Shown piece after piece: positions 44,446 through 54,341 of a stretch of DNA of 64,000 bases. The DNA lies in contig CBFHYO010000065.1 of NCBI GenBank assembly GCA_965660075.1, forward strand, positions 538-64,537, given 5' to 3'. Each line of letters starts with the position of its first letter. Within the stretch, counting starts at the first letter, position 1. Made by a program: the position numbers and the translations under genes. The DNA comes from Patescibacteria group bacterium (GTDB taxonomy: Bacteria; Patescibacteriota; Gracilibacteria; UBA1369; GCA-2718715). The notes beneath the pieces are model-generated. The model saw only the letters and a program-made list of their open reading frames with translations, did no database searches and was not told where the DNA came from.

Positions 44446-46557
44446 ATGACATATTTCAGAGAAGCCCAAGAAATCAGAGTAGAGGTTTTTGGGAAAGAGT
44501 TCGTGATGCGAACAAATGACTACGCCTACCAAGCAGACGGTAATGCAACTGTCGCATGTGGCGACACAATTTTACTTGCAACTGCTGGAATGGGTGATGC
44601 CCGTGCAGATGCTGGATTTTTTCCACTTATGGTAGATTTTCAAGAAAGATATTCTGCTGCTGGGAAATTAAAACACTCAAAAGTAAATAAAAGAGAAGGT
44701 AGACCTTCTGACCAAGCAATTTTAAATTCGAGAATTATTGACAGACCTATCCGTCCCCTATTTCCAAAAGGAATGGTGAACGATGTTCAACTAATTATTT
44801 CGCCATTAGCTTACGACAAAACACACGAAATGTCGGCTATGGGTATTACAGCTGCATCGCTTGCATTAGTACTTTCTGGTATGCCATTTGATGGTCCTGC
44901 TGCAGGTGTAAGAATGGGGTTAATAGATGGTGAACTAGTTGTTAACCCAACTTTAGACCAATTAGAAAATTCTGCACTAGACTTAGTGGTTGCTGGTACT
45001 GCAAATGCAATTACAATGGTAGAATCTCGAGCAGACGAAGTACCTTTCGATAAAATGTTAGAGGCTTTAGAAATGGCTTTTGAGGCAATTCAAAAACTAT
45101 GTGCTGCTCAATTAGAACTGGCTGCAAAAATTGATATCGAGAAAAAAGAACCAACTCTAAATTTACCAGATGAAAACCTTGTAAGTATTGTGGAATCTAA
45201 AGTTGATTACGATGCAATTCTTGCTATTCGTGGTTTAACTAAAAAAGAACTCAAGAAACAAATCAAAGAACAAATTACGCTACTTCAAGAAAGACTTGCT
45301 TCTGAAATAGAAGAACACGATATTTCTTTTGGATTAATTCATGATGTTTTCCAAAAACACTTAGAAAAAGCAATGCGACAAAACATTATCGATAACGATA
45401 TTCGTATCGATGGTCGTGACGCTAAAAAAGTTCGTGACTTACGAGTAAACGTAGGTGTTCTACCTCGTGTACATGGTACTGGTTTATTCCAACGTGGAGA
45501 AACACAAGTTCTATCGACTGTAACATTGGCTGGACCATCATCTAAATTATTAGTTGAAACTATGCAAGAAGATGGCGAAAGACGTTACATGCACCATTAT
45601 AACTTCCCTCCTTACTCTGTAGGAGATGTAAAACCACTTCGTGGAACATCACGACGTGAAATTGGTCATGGTAACTTAGCCGAACGTGCTTTACTTGCTG
45701 TATTACCATCTGAAGAAGAATTTGGATACACTGTACGTGTAGTGAGTGACGTAATGACTTGTAATGGTTCGTCTTCTATGGCTTCTGTTTGTGGTTCTAC
45801 TTTGAGTCTTATGGATGCAGGTGTGCCAATTAAAAAACCTGTTTCTGGGATTGCTATGGGTCTTGTAACTAATAAAAACGGTTACAGAATTCTTTCTGAT
45901 ATTCAAGGGATGGAAGACGGCTGTGGAGATATGGACTTTAAAGTAACTGCAACAGATACTGGTATTACTGCACTGCAAATGGATATCAAACTTAAAGGTT
46001 TAGATATGAACTTACTAAAAGAAGCTCTAAATCAAGCTAAAGAAGGTTTAGACACAATTATGTCTGCGATGATGGATGTTATTTCTGCTCCGCGTGAACA
46101 ATTGTCTGAATATGCTCCGATTATCGAAACAATCAAAATTAATCCTGATTATATTCGTGATGTTATTGGTAAGGGTGGTGAAACTATCCAAAGAATTACT
46201 GCCGAAACTGAAACAGAAATTTCTATTGAACAAGATGGTTCTGTTGTTATTACAGCTCCAGACCGTGAAGCTTTCCAAAAAGCAGAGGCACAAATTATGC
46301 TTATTGCTTTTGAACCAGAAGCTGGTGAAATTTTTGAAGCAAAAGTAGAAAGAGTAGAAGCCTATGGCGCATTTGTAGAGTTTGCACCTGGTCGTTCTGG
46401 TTTAGTTCATGTATCTAAATTTGCACCTGAAAGAATTGAAAACCTTGCTGACTTTGTAACTGTAGGAGATACTATTAAAGTACGCCTGCTTGAAAAAGAT
46501 CGTGAAGGTCGATACAACCTAAGTCATAAGGAATTCTTTAAGAAAAAGGACGCTTAG
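44446..46557 (+). CDS. pnp: Polyribonucleotide nucleotidyltransferase (PNPase)
   Basis: It has two RNase PH domains, a KH domain (VIGKGGETIQRI) and an S1 domain (GEIFEAKVERVEAYGAFVEF). Its length is 703 aa. Confidence 0.96.
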   Translation: MTYFREAQEIRVEVFGKEFVMRTNDYAYQADGNATVACGDTILLATAGMGDARADAGFFPLMVDFQERYSAAGKLKHSKVNKREGRPSDQAILNSRIIDRPIRPLFPKGMVNDVQLIISPLAYDKTHEMSAMGITAASLALVLSGMPFDGPAAGVRMGLIDGELVVNPTLDQLENSALDLVVAGTANAITMVESRADEVPFDKMLEALEMAFEAIQKLCAAQLELAAKIDIEKKEPTLNLPDENLVSIVESKVDYDAILAIRGLTKKELKKQIKEQITLLQERLASEIEEHDISFGLIHDVFQKHLEKAMRQNIIDNDIRIDGRDAKKVRDLRVNVGVLPRVHGTGLFQRGETQVLSTVTLAGPSSKLLVETMQEDGERRYMHHYNFPPYSVGDVKPLRGTSRREIGHGNLAERALLAVLPSEEEFGYTVRVVSDVMTCNGSSSMASVCGSTLSLMDAGVPIKKPVSGIAMGLVTNKNGYRILSDIQGMEDGCGDMDFKVTATDTGITALQMDIKLKGLDMNLLKEALNQAKEGLDTIMSAMMDVISAPREQLSEYAPIIETIKINPDYIRDVIGKGGETIQRITAETETEISIEQDGSVVITAPDREAFQKAEAQIMLIAFEPEAGEIFEAKVERVEAYGAFVEFAPGRSGLVHVSKFAPERIENLADFVTVGDTIKVRLLEKDREGRYNLSHKEFFKKKDA

Positions 46558-46581
46558 TTTTGGGTTTTATAATAACTTTCA

Positions 46582-46609
46582 ACCACTACTGTCTCGGTAG
46601 TGGTTTTTA
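46582..46609. terminator. Terminator hairpin between convergent pnp and uppP
   Basis: The hairpin is ACCACTAC-TGTCTCG-GTAGTGGT followed by TTTT, and it overlaps the uppP stop region. Confidence 0.7.
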
Positions 46610-47383
46610 TATAAGCAATAACGTTGCTAGTCCAAATAAATAATATGCAAAGGCACTCAATGAGTGCTTTTTGTATAGCTGCATGAGAAATCGGATTGAA
46701 ATATAGCCGGCTATTAGTGCAGATAAAAAGCCTGTTGTGAGTGATGCTAGTGGGACCGCGGTAAAGCCTTCGGATTTAAATAAAAGTGTGTAGACCAGGG
46801 CCCCAAGAATGGCAGGGATGGCGATTAAAAATGAAAACTTAGCAGAAATCTCTCTACTTTGGCCAGTAAGCATACTTGTTGCTAAGGTTGTACCAGAGCG
46901 AGATATGCCGGGAAGCATAGCGAAGACTTGTGAGAGTCCGACTAATAGTGCGTAAACAGGGCTTGGGTACTCAAGTTTGTGTTTGATTTTGGGTGCGAGT
47001 TTTTCGGATGCAAGAAAATAAACACCTGTAGCGAGCATGAGGTAGGCTACTGTTTGTGGATTGTGAATAGACTCGAAAAATTCACCGTAGAGCACGCCTG
47101 CAATGACTGCGGGTATCGTTGCTATGACTAATGCTAAAAACAGCTGTAGGCTTGTTTTTTGGCGTGAGAACATGCCTTTTACAAGGCTGATTAGGTCTGA
47201 TTTAAAGTACCACACAACTGCAATTAGAGTGGCAAAGTGGATTGTTACATTGAAAGCTAGAAGTTCTGCTGGTACAAAGCCAAAAAGTGTTTCGGCCAGC
47301 ACTAGGTGGCCCGATGATGATATGGGAAAAAACTCGGTAATACCTTGTAGGATACCAAGTAGTAAAGCTTGTAGAATACTCAT
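46607..47383 (-). CDS. uppP: Undecaprenyl-diphosphate phosphatase UppP/BacA
   Basis: It has LLGILQGITEFFPISSSGHL and PGISRSGTTL, and is a multi-pass membrane protein. Confidence 0.92.
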   Translation of the reverse strand: MSILQALLLGILQGITEFFPISSSGHLVLAETLFGFVPAELLAFNVTIHFATLIAVVWYFKSDLISLVKGMFSRQKTSLQLFLALVIATIPAVIAGVLYGEFFESIHNPQTVAYLMLATGVYFLASEKLAPKIKHKLEYPSPVYALLVGLSQVFAMLPGISRSGTTLATSMLTGQSREISAKFSFLIAIPAILGALVYTLLFKSEGFTAVPLASLTTGFLSALIAGYISIRFLMQLYKKHSLSAFAYYLFGLATLLLI

Positions 47384-47393
47384 GAGTGAGAGG

Positions 47394-48665
47394 TTAAGGC
47401 ATACATTTGTATGGATTTATTCTAACACCGCCTTTGTGACATTCATAGTGCAAGTGAATACCTGTAGCACCACGTACACGACCGGTTCGACCCATTCTTG
47501 CAATTGGTTGGCCTTTAGCGACCATATCGCCTGGTTTTACGTAAAGTGTTTCGTTGTGGGCGTAGAGAGTTTTGTAACCGTTTTTGTGGTTGATAATCAC
47601 ATAATTACCATATCCTCCGTTCCATCCATATTTGGCGATTTCAACAACTCCATCAGCTGCTGCCCAGATTGGTGGTTTTGAAGTATCCGCTATATCTAGA
47701 GCGTAGTGAGAACGACTATAACCTTGGGTTACTGCACCAAGAGTTGGTCTTCCCCACTGCCCACTCGATGCTGGGGCACGTTTAGAAAGTACCTCAGAGA
47801 CTACCTTATTTGTGTTGATTGGACTTAATGGTTGAATAGTGAAGTTTTGGATTGAATCAATTTTTAGCTGTGATGGCATTTGTGCTTGGTTGATTTCATC
47901 TGGAGAAGTTTTAGGTTCCGGAAGATTTGGTAGCACAGAGGCATCGATATCGGTTGCTAAATTTGCTACTTTGGCAGATGTTGGGGTTGGCTGAATAGTG
48001 TTATCTACAGATATTCTTTTGGTTACACGAGTTGCACCAGGAATAAACAACTGCGTACCTACAGATAATGCTTTTGTGTTTACTACGTTGTATTTTTCGA
48101 TTTCATAAAAATCTACTTTGTACTTGTTAGCAATGGATGAAAGAGTTTCACGCTTGGCTACAGTGTGTGTTAGACCATCGATTGGTGGAATTGAAAGTTC
48201 GTCGCCTGGCTGAACATCGTCTATGTTTACAATTGAGTTTTCGGCAACAATAGTATCTACTGATAAACCATAGGCTTTTGCTATGTCTTTAAGAGCTTCG
48301 TTCTGTTTGACAGTATGAATTTGAAATTGAATTCTTTCGTCTGATTGAGTTAGATCGAACGGATTGTTTTTTACTAAAAATCCTTCTTGTGTGGCAATAA
48401 TTTGTGATTGATTATAGGCAATATCTTCTTGTGTAAGATACGGATTGTAAGATCCATCTAAGTCAAAATTACTGGCAATTAATGGTTCTGCTGGAGTTAT
48501 AGAACTTAGAATCAACAAAATTGAGCAAACTGCAGTGGTTCTTTTAAGTATTGTATGTTCTGGATTGGCAATAATATGTTTTCGAGAAAGATGCTTAAGT
48601 GTAGATTTATAATTAGATTTTGGTGAATACTTAGATTTCACAAAATTAGCACGAATAAATCTCAC
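47394..48665 (-). CDS. Peptidoglycan hydrolase with LysM repeats and a C-terminal M23 peptidase domain
   Basis: It has LysM-like HTVKQNEALKDIAKAYGLSVDTI and HTVAKRETLSSIANKYKVD. The M23 core is HYALDIA...YAHNETLYVKPGDMVAKGQPIARMGRTG...GIHLHYE. It uses a GTG start. Confidence 0.85.
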   Translation of the reverse strand: MRFIRANFVKSKYSPKSNYKSTLKHLSRKHIIANPEHTILKRTTAVCSILLILSSITPAEPLIASNFDLDGSYNPYLTQEDIAYNQSQIIATQEGFLVKNNPFDLTQSDERIQFQIHTVKQNEALKDIAKAYGLSVDTIVAENSIVNIDDVQPGDELSIPPIDGLTHTVAKRETLSSIANKYKVDFYEIEKYNVVNTKALSVGTQLFIPGATRVTKRISVDNTIQPTPTSAKVANLATDIDASVLPNLPEPKTSPDEINQAQMPSQLKIDSIQNFTIQPLSPINTNKVVSEVLSKRAPASSGQWGRPTLGAVTQGYSRSHYALDIADTSKPPIWAAADGVVEIAKYGWNGGYGNYVIINHKNGYKTLYAHNETLYVKPGDMVAKGQPIARMGRTGRVRGATGIHLHYECHKGGVRINPYKCMP

Positions 48666-48907
48666 ATAACTTGCTTGAATATGAGATAAAATTGGTAAAA
48701 TTTTACTCTTTTGCCTACGACTATAATGTTTTTTTCTTTTTATAATGGGAAGAGCTCCTTTAAACTTGTTACTACGCTAATCTTAATCGCTTCTGAAAAT
48801 GTAAGATTAAAACATAGGGCAGACATTGCCTTGATAAAGTTCTTGGTGATTGTATATTATAAATCAGAAAAATGCAAGTTTATCATTTATTTTACAACCT
48901 TTTTAAT

Positions 48908-50053
48908 ATGCGTAAAGCACTACAGTTTTTTATCAGTATTCTAATAGCATCCACTTTAATAGCTAACATTGGCTTTGCGATAGGGATTGAAGAAATAAAA
49001 TTTTTGAAAGAAGTAGTCTTCTTGATACTTTTTGCTTTTGCTACAAGATTTGGAAAAATTGAATATAAAAGCTGTGCTACTGCCTTTATTGCCTGGGCCT
49101 TATTAAGCTATAGCTGGTCAGATTCGAGTCTAAGTAGTTTTATATACGGCTTAAAATACGAAATAAGTTTTGTGGGTATTTATTTAATAAGTAAAACCTT
49201 TAAACTGCAAGCAAGACAGGTTAAACGCTTAAATAAAACGTTTTTATGGGGCTTTTTAATAACAAGTCTTAGCTACTTAGCTATCTATATAATAGATATT
49301 GAACTACTCACTAAACTGGGATACAGAATGGACTGGTCGACTTTTATTAAATTAGATGCAACTGCATTTTGCCAAAAAATCGAAAATTTAAATCTATGTC
49401 GTGCACAAGGGTTTTTATCTGGTCCAAATGTTTATGCACTTACAAGCTTGTTTGCGATAGTTATTGCTAAATTAATCAACTTTAAAAATCGAAAACTTGT
49501 GTATATCGTGGCCCTTTTAAATATTCTCCTAAGCTTTTCTAGATCTGGAGTTCTCGCATTAATCGCACTATTAACTTTATATAGATTTGGTGCAAACTTA
49601 TTAAGCACAAAGTTTTACAAACAACACTGGGTGGTAATTACTGCAGCTTTAGTGGTTTTGATCGGACTAGTTTTTGGTTTTCGACCAGAATCAAACATGG
49701 AACATCTGGCAGCTTTAAAAACTGGAATTGAGAACTTCTTGGCTTCTCCATTTATTGGGCAGGGTGTTAATTTTAGTGGCCCTGGAAGCAGATTTGGAAG
49801 TGAGACTTTTATTCCTGAGAGCTGGATTTTACAAGTTTTAAACAACCTTGGAATTATTGGCCTGGGTCTTTTTATTGGCTTTGGAGTTGAAGTTTATAAA
49901 AAATCGCCAAAGATGATTGGGTACTTTTTGATCGCTTTGCTTATTCCACTTAACGTGTTGCACCCCCTGGAAGATGCAGGGTTTGCTTACTTATTTGCCT
50001 TGCTTGCGGCTATTAATTCTACTGATTTTTTACAACAGTCTCCAAATGAGTAA
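48908..50053 (+). CDS. O-antigen ligase-like (Wzy_C) polytopic membrane protein
   Basis: It has many TM helices and the loop SFSRSGVLALIALL typical of the family. The ATG at 48908 (MRKALQFF) is preferred to the track start at 48872. Confidence 0.65.
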   Translation: MRKALQFFISILIASTLIANIGFAIGIEEIKFLKEVVFLILFAFATRFGKIEYKSCATAFIAWALLSYSWSDSSLSSFIYGLKYEISFVGIYLISKTFKLQARQVKRLNKTFLWGFLITSLSYLAIYIIDIELLTKLGYRMDWSTFIKLDATAFCQKIENLNLCRAQGFLSGPNVYALTSLFAIVIAKLINFKNRKLVYIVALLNILLSFSRSGVLALIALLTLYRFGANLLSTKFYKQHWVVITAALVVLIGLVFGFRPESNMEHLAALKTGIENFLASPFIGQGVNFSGPGSRFGSETFIPESWILQVLNNLGIIGLGLFIGFGVEVYKKSPKMIGYFLIALLIPLNVLHPLEDAGFAYLFALLAAINSTDFLQQSPNE

Positions 50054-51071
50054 GAAAAACTTTGTTTAACAAATTAGCTTGGTGTGGGGTGTGTGATCTA
50101 AGGCTTTGAATTTGTTTAAGTTTTTTTAAGCAGTTTTCTAGATTTAGGTCTTTTTCTTCTAGAATCATTCCAAGTTTTTTGTCTGCAAATATCTTGGCGT
50201 TTTCGATTTGGTCACCTCGGCTTTGATCTATTGGCAATGGAACCAATAGCGCGTTGAGACCTAAAAATTCATACTCAGACAATGAAATAGCTCCTGCTCT
50301 GGATAAGACAAGGTCGGTTGCAGCATAAATATCTGCTAAGTTATTTACATATTCAAATTGTAGGTAATTTTTAATTTTGTTTTTGTTTTCTAAAATGGAA
50401 TTTATTTTTCCGGTAATATGAATCACGTTGTAGGAATCTGTGAGTTTTTGTAGGTTTTGTTGTACGAATTCATTGAGCACCTTGGCACCAGAGCTACCAC
50501 CCATGATTAATAGGGTTTGTTTTTGGCTATCTATATTTTGTATACCAGGAACTTGACTAGAAACACCAGAGGACAATGATTGAGAGTGAGGAGTTTTGAC
50601 TTTTTTAAAGTTTGGTTTTGGAGAAATAAATCTATCACTCGAATACCAAACATGTTTTGTAAAAAGAGAGCAGATTTTATTGGCTAAACCAAGTGACGAA
50701 TCTGATTCGTGTAATATAAGTTTTTTTCGTAACACAAATGCTGCTATAGCTACTGGAACCGAAGTGAATCCCCCTTTGGCAAAAATAACATCTGGTTTAA
50801 ACCTCCAAATGATTTTGATTGATTGAAAAACCCCAAGGAGAATTTTAAAGGGATCTGTAAAATTTTGAATGTCGAAATAACGCCTTAATTTACCTGAAGC
50901 AATATAATACACTTTCACGTTTTTGTCCTGAAAAAGAGACTTCTCGAAACTACTCTTGGAGGTAATGAAAACCACTCGAGAATCTTTGTAATGCTTTTTT
51001 AGCAGATCGTAAATCGCAAAATTAGGATTTACGTGGCCTGCGGTTCCGCCACCTACTAGGATTACTTTCAT
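50019..51071 (-). CDS. murG: Lipid II synthase MurG (UDP-GlcNAc transferase)
   Basis: It has the N-terminal MKVILVGGGTAGHVNP and the C-terminal domain SRAGAISLSEYEFLGLNALLVPLP. Confidence 0.9.
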   Translation of the reverse strand: MKVILVGGGTAGHVNPNFAIYDLLKKHYKDSRVVFITSKSSFEKSLFQDKNVKVYYIASGKLRRYFDIQNFTDPFKILLGVFQSIKIIWRFKPDVIFAKGGFTSVPVAIAAFVLRKKLILHESDSSLGLANKICSLFTKHVWYSSDRFISPKPNFKKVKTPHSQSLSSGVSSQVPGIQNIDSQKQTLLIMGGSSGAKVLNEFVQQNLQKLTDSYNVIHITGKINSILENKNKIKNYLQFEYVNNLADIYAATDLVLSRAGAISLSEYEFLGLNALLVPLPIDQSRGDQIENAKIFADKKLGMILEEKDLNLENCLKKLKQIQSLRSHTPHQANLLNKVFLTHLETVVKNQ

Positions 51072-52236
51072 AATTATAACTTGTATACTGCGATAAGTTT
51101 AGCAAAATACCAACTCCAAGACAACTTGCCAAAAGTGAAGATCCTCCGTAGGAAATAAATGGCAATGTAATACCAGTTACAGGCAGTAACCCAATATTTA
51201 CAGCTATATTTGTAAACGCCTGTGAAACTAACCAAATTGTAATCCCACTCGCTAAGAAAAAGGCAAATCTATCTTGACTAAACTTGGCTACTAAAAATCC
51301 ACGCACAGCTAGAAACAAATACAAGAAAACAAGCATCGTAATTCGGACAAAACCAAGCTCTTCTGCAGATGCTGCAAAAATAAAATCATCAGAAGCTTGA
51401 GGTAACCAGTAAGACTTTTGAACTCCTTTAGTTAATCCCCTACCAAAAAAGCCACCAGATGCAACAGCAATATTTGCCTGATGAGTTTGCCAGCAATAAT
51501 CTTTACGATTTCCTGACTGAGACTCTACCTGGCAATTATTATCAGATGGGTTTATATAAGCTTTAAACCTGTGTTTTAAATAACTACTGTTTGGTATTAA
51601 AAGAGATAAGAAAAACAATACTGCCACGGCACCAATTGCTAAGTGCTTATATATAGCTCCTGCTAAATAGTACATTCCAACTGCTACAAAGGCGAATATC
51701 ATTGTAGATCCTAAATCTGGCTGTAAAACTACAGGTAAAATTATTGCCCCAGCAAGAATTGAGAATGAAATAAAACCTTTTTGAAAATCTTGAATGTCTG
51801 AACCTTTTCTCTCAAACCAAATCGCCAGATAGAAAATCAGACATAACTTAGCTATTTCTGCTGGTTGAATGGAATTATTTGCAATTACAATCCATGATTT
51901 TGCAAAAGTGGTAAATTGGCTACCTGCAATAAGAACAGCTATCAAAGCTGACACAGCGCCAAGAAAAAGAAACACTGCGTATTTTTTCCAGATTTGGTAA
52001 TTGATTTTAAACCCGGCATATAAAAACCCAAGTGAAATCATGACACGAGTTAAATGTTTTTTTAAAACATAGTAGCAATCAACTCCATCTTGTCCGCAAA
52101 TTGGAAATCGCACACCATCTGGACGAGTTAAATCGATAGACTTTGGCACTCCAATACTGGCCATCATAACAATACCAAAAACAAGTAATGCTAGAGTGAT
52201 TGTTAGAAGCCATTTGTCATATTTTTTGATTCTCAT
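51022..52236 (-). CDS. ftsW: SEDS-family peptidoglycan polymerase FtsW/RodA
   Basis: It has about 10 TM helices and the motifs QPAEIAKL, DLGSTMI, SDDFIFAASAEELG and LPFISYGGSS. Its 3' end overlaps the murG start by 50 nt. Confidence 0.9.
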   Translation of the reverse strand: MRIKKYDKWLLTITLALLVFGIVMMASIGVPKSIDLTRPDGVRFPICGQDGVDCYYVLKKHLTRVMISLGFLYAGFKINYQIWKKYAVFLFLGAVSALIAVLIAGSQFTTFAKSWIVIANNSIQPAEIAKLCLIFYLAIWFERKGSDIQDFQKGFISFSILAGAIILPVVLQPDLGSTMIFAFVAVGMYYLAGAIYKHLAIGAVAVLFFLSLLIPNSSYLKHRFKAYINPSDNNCQVESQSGNRKDYCWQTHQANIAVASGGFFGRGLTKGVQKSYWLPQASDDFIFAASAEELGFVRITMLVFLYLFLAVRGFLVAKFSQDRFAFFLASGITIWLVSQAFTNIAVNIGLLPVTGITLPFISYGGSSLLASCLGVGILLNLSQYTSYNYESNPSRWRNRRPRKS

Positions 52237-52301
52237 GGATGGGATTAATCTTTGCTAAGTATACATTTTTCGCGTATTATTTAAAAGTAATAAAAATCAA
52301 A

Positions 52302-52703
52302 ATGAATCTCAAATCACTTGAAATATTAACAGCTTGCTTGGTTATTTTGGATCAATTGTCTAAATACGCCGCTGTTAAGTTTTTTCCTGAATTAGTATAT
52401 AAAAACTTTGGCTCTGCATTTTCGATGCCAATCCCTCAAAACTTTGTAATTCTACTCTCTTTTTTTGTTATTTTAAGCTGCGTTTATATTTTTAAAAAAC
52501 ACAGTTTTGGTCACGAATCTTTTTTGGTTTTAATGCTTAGTGGAACAGTTGGTAACCTTATCGACAGGATATATTTAGGTTACGTAGTTGACTTTATAAA
52601 CGTTGGATTTTGGCCAGTGTTTAACTTAGCCGACGTATATTTGTCGCTGGCCGTTATTTACCTTTTTTTATCATACTTTAAAAAGGATGAAATTAAATTT
52701 TAG
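52302..52703 (+). CDS. lspA: Lipoprotein signal peptidase (signal peptidase II)
   Basis: It has ILDQLSKY, NFGSAFSM, GNLIDR and VVDFINVGFWPVFNLAD. The track start at 52239 abuts the ftsW start, so the ATG at 52302 is preferred. Confidence 0.88.
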   Translation: MNLKSLEILTACLVILDQLSKYAAVKFFPELVYKNFGSAFSMPIPQNFVILLSFFVILSCVYIFKKHSFGHESFLVLMLSGTVGNLIDRIYLGYVVDFINVGFWPVFNLADVYLSLAVIYLFLSYFKKDEIKF

Positions 52704-52711
52704 TTTTAATT

Positions 52712-53497
52712 ATGGAAAATCAAAATACAGAATTACCAGATATGGCTAATTCGAACCTAGAAACACAAGCAACAGATGTGACTAATTCTCAAACAGAAGT
52801 AGAGTTAGATAGCAAGACAGAACCCGATGTGAAAGTAAACACTGACGATGTGACTGAGATTGAATCTCAAAACGTGAGTGAGAATGGGGCGCACGCAGTG
52901 CCTATGTTAACTCGCGTTAATCAAGTTGTAACCACATTAATTAGTGGTGTATTTGGAAGCTTGATTATTTTACTTTCTGTAGTGTTTTTAAGTAAGCTGG
53001 GACTTAATTTAAAGACCGAGACTGAATTGATTGGATTTCAGTCATTATTATTAGGTGTGGCGGTATTTAGCTTTGGGCTTACTTTTTCACAAATCTTGGA
53101 TGCTTACTTAACAAAACTTGCAGAAAAAGAAAATTTTAGTGGTGTGTCTTTTAAGGCTTATAAAAATATTTCTTCTCAGTTAATTTTACTTTTATTAAGC
53201 CTTCCCTTTTTATTCCTTAGTCTTGGATTGGAACCGATTGTTTCTATAATTTTTGTAGGAAATTTCACCATATTCTCGCACATTATTTTTTCACAAATAA
53301 TCTATTTCGAACATAAATACAGGCAACTTGGTAGTTTGTTTGGTTTGTTTTTATCTACAGTTATTTTGAATTTAATGATTTTTTATCTAGATTTAGAAAT
53401 GGCTCCACTACTACTTCTTCTGTCACAGCCTATTATTACTACACTTAGAGAGCTTGGTGCTCAGTGTGTTGATGGGCTTTCGAACTTCGAAATCTAG
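52712..53497 (+). CDS. Polytopic membrane protein with an acidic N-terminal tail, unknown function
   Basis: This 261-aa ORF has about 5-6 hydrophobic helices. I recognise no family. Confidence 0.5.
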   Translation: MENQNTELPDMANSNLETQATDVTNSQTEVELDSKTEPDVKVNTDDVTEIESQNVSENGAHAVPMLTRVNQVVTTLISGVFGSLIILLSVVFLSKLGLNLKTETELIGFQSLLLGVAVFSFGLTFSQILDAYLTKLAEKENFSGVSFKAYKNISSQLILLLLSLPFLFLSLGLEPIVSIIFVGNFTIFSHIIFSQIIYFEHKYRQLGSLFGLFLSTVILNLMIFYLDLEMAPLLLLLSQPIITTLRELGAQCVDGLSNFEI

Positions 53498-53520
53498 ATA
53501 GAGTAAAAAGTAAATAAAAA

Positions 53521-53553
53521 ACCACTCTGTGTTGATAGAGTGGTTTTATTTTT
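53521..53553. terminator. Bidirectional rho-independent terminator
   Basis: The hairpin ACCACTCT-GTGTTGAT-AGAGTGGT is flanked by an A-run (53512-53520) and TTTATTTTT. It lies between convergent genes. Confidence 0.8.
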
Positions 53554-53580
53554 GAGTGCTTTCTGAGTGAATTTAGATTT

Positions 53581-54330
53581 TTATTTTTTGAATGAATCAG
53601 CTATTTTCTCCATACCCCTTAGGATTTCAACTGGAACCATCCAGATTGTCGTATTAGACTGATCTGATGAAAGATCGTTAATAGACTGAAGAGTTCGAAG
53701 ATGCAAAGCACCAGGACTTTCTGCAAGCATGGCTGCTGCTTCTTTTAGGTTTTGGGCTGATTCTTTTTCTGCTGTAGCTTTAATCAAAACTGCACGTTTT
53801 TCACGTTCTGCTTCTGCTTCTTTGGCCATTGTTCTTTTTAGATCATCTGGCAGACGAATATCTTTTAATTCTACACTTTCAACCGAAATACCCCACTCAT
53901 CTGAAGCTTTTTCGACAATATTTCTAATATTTGTGGCAATATCATCACGAGATTTAAGTAGAGTGTCTAAATCGACAGTACCAACGATATTTCGCATCGT
54001 AGTTTGGGCTAGCTGGCTGATTGCATAATAGTAATTTTCTACTTCGATAATAGCTCGAGCTGCATCTTTTACTTTGTAATAAATAACAGCATTAATTCTG
54101 ATTGAAATATTATCTAAGGTGATTGCTTCTTGATCTGGAACATCTACAGCTTTGGTTCGAATATCTACCTTTTGCATTCCTTGGAAAACTGGTAGAACTA
54201 ATCGCCAGCCTGGATTTACAGTTTCGGAATATTTACCGATTGTAAACTTCACTCCTCTTTCGTATTCTTGAACTTGTCTTATTGAAGAAAGAAGAATGAC
54301 TCCAATAATTACTACTAATGACATTGGCAT
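53581..54330 (-). CDS. SPFH/Band 7 (stomatin/slipin-like) membrane scaffold protein
   Basis: It has an N-terminal TM helix followed by VQEYERGVKFTIGKY...DVRTKAVDVPDQEAITLDNISIRINAVIYYKV...AEAEREKRA. Confidence 0.88.
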   Translation of the reverse strand: MPMSLVVIIGVILLSSIRQVQEYERGVKFTIGKYSETVNPGWRLVLPVFQGMQKVDIRTKAVDVPDQEAITLDNISIRINAVIYYKVKDAARAIIEVENYYYAISQLAQTTMRNIVGTVDLDTLLKSRDDIATNIRNIVEKASDEWGISVESVELKDIRLPDDLKRTMAKEAEAEREKRAVLIKATAEKESAQNLKEAAAMLAESPGALHLRTLQSINDLSSDQSNTTIWMVPVEILRGMEKIADSFKK

Positions 54331-54341
54331 GGAAAAAATGG

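Noticed and set aside
46607-47383. The locally GC-richer patch at uppP as evidence of horizontal transfer.
   Set aside because: The shift is modest by eye. It is explained by the Gly/Ala/Leu-rich composition of a polytopic membrane protein, and the flanking genes and terminators look native.
47103-47681. The 192-aa plus-strand ORF antisense to uppP and the M23 peptidase gene.
   Set aside because: It lies entirely antisense to two strongly supported genes and spans their intergenic gap. I recognise no motif. It is a likely by-product of the slightly GC-richer sequence in this stretch.
48711-48944. The 77-aa ORF in the divergent region upstream of the O-antigen-ligase-like gene.
   Set aside because: It starts at a non-ATG codon and overlaps the likely true start region of the downstream gene (48908). 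The peptide is low-complexity and hydrophobic.
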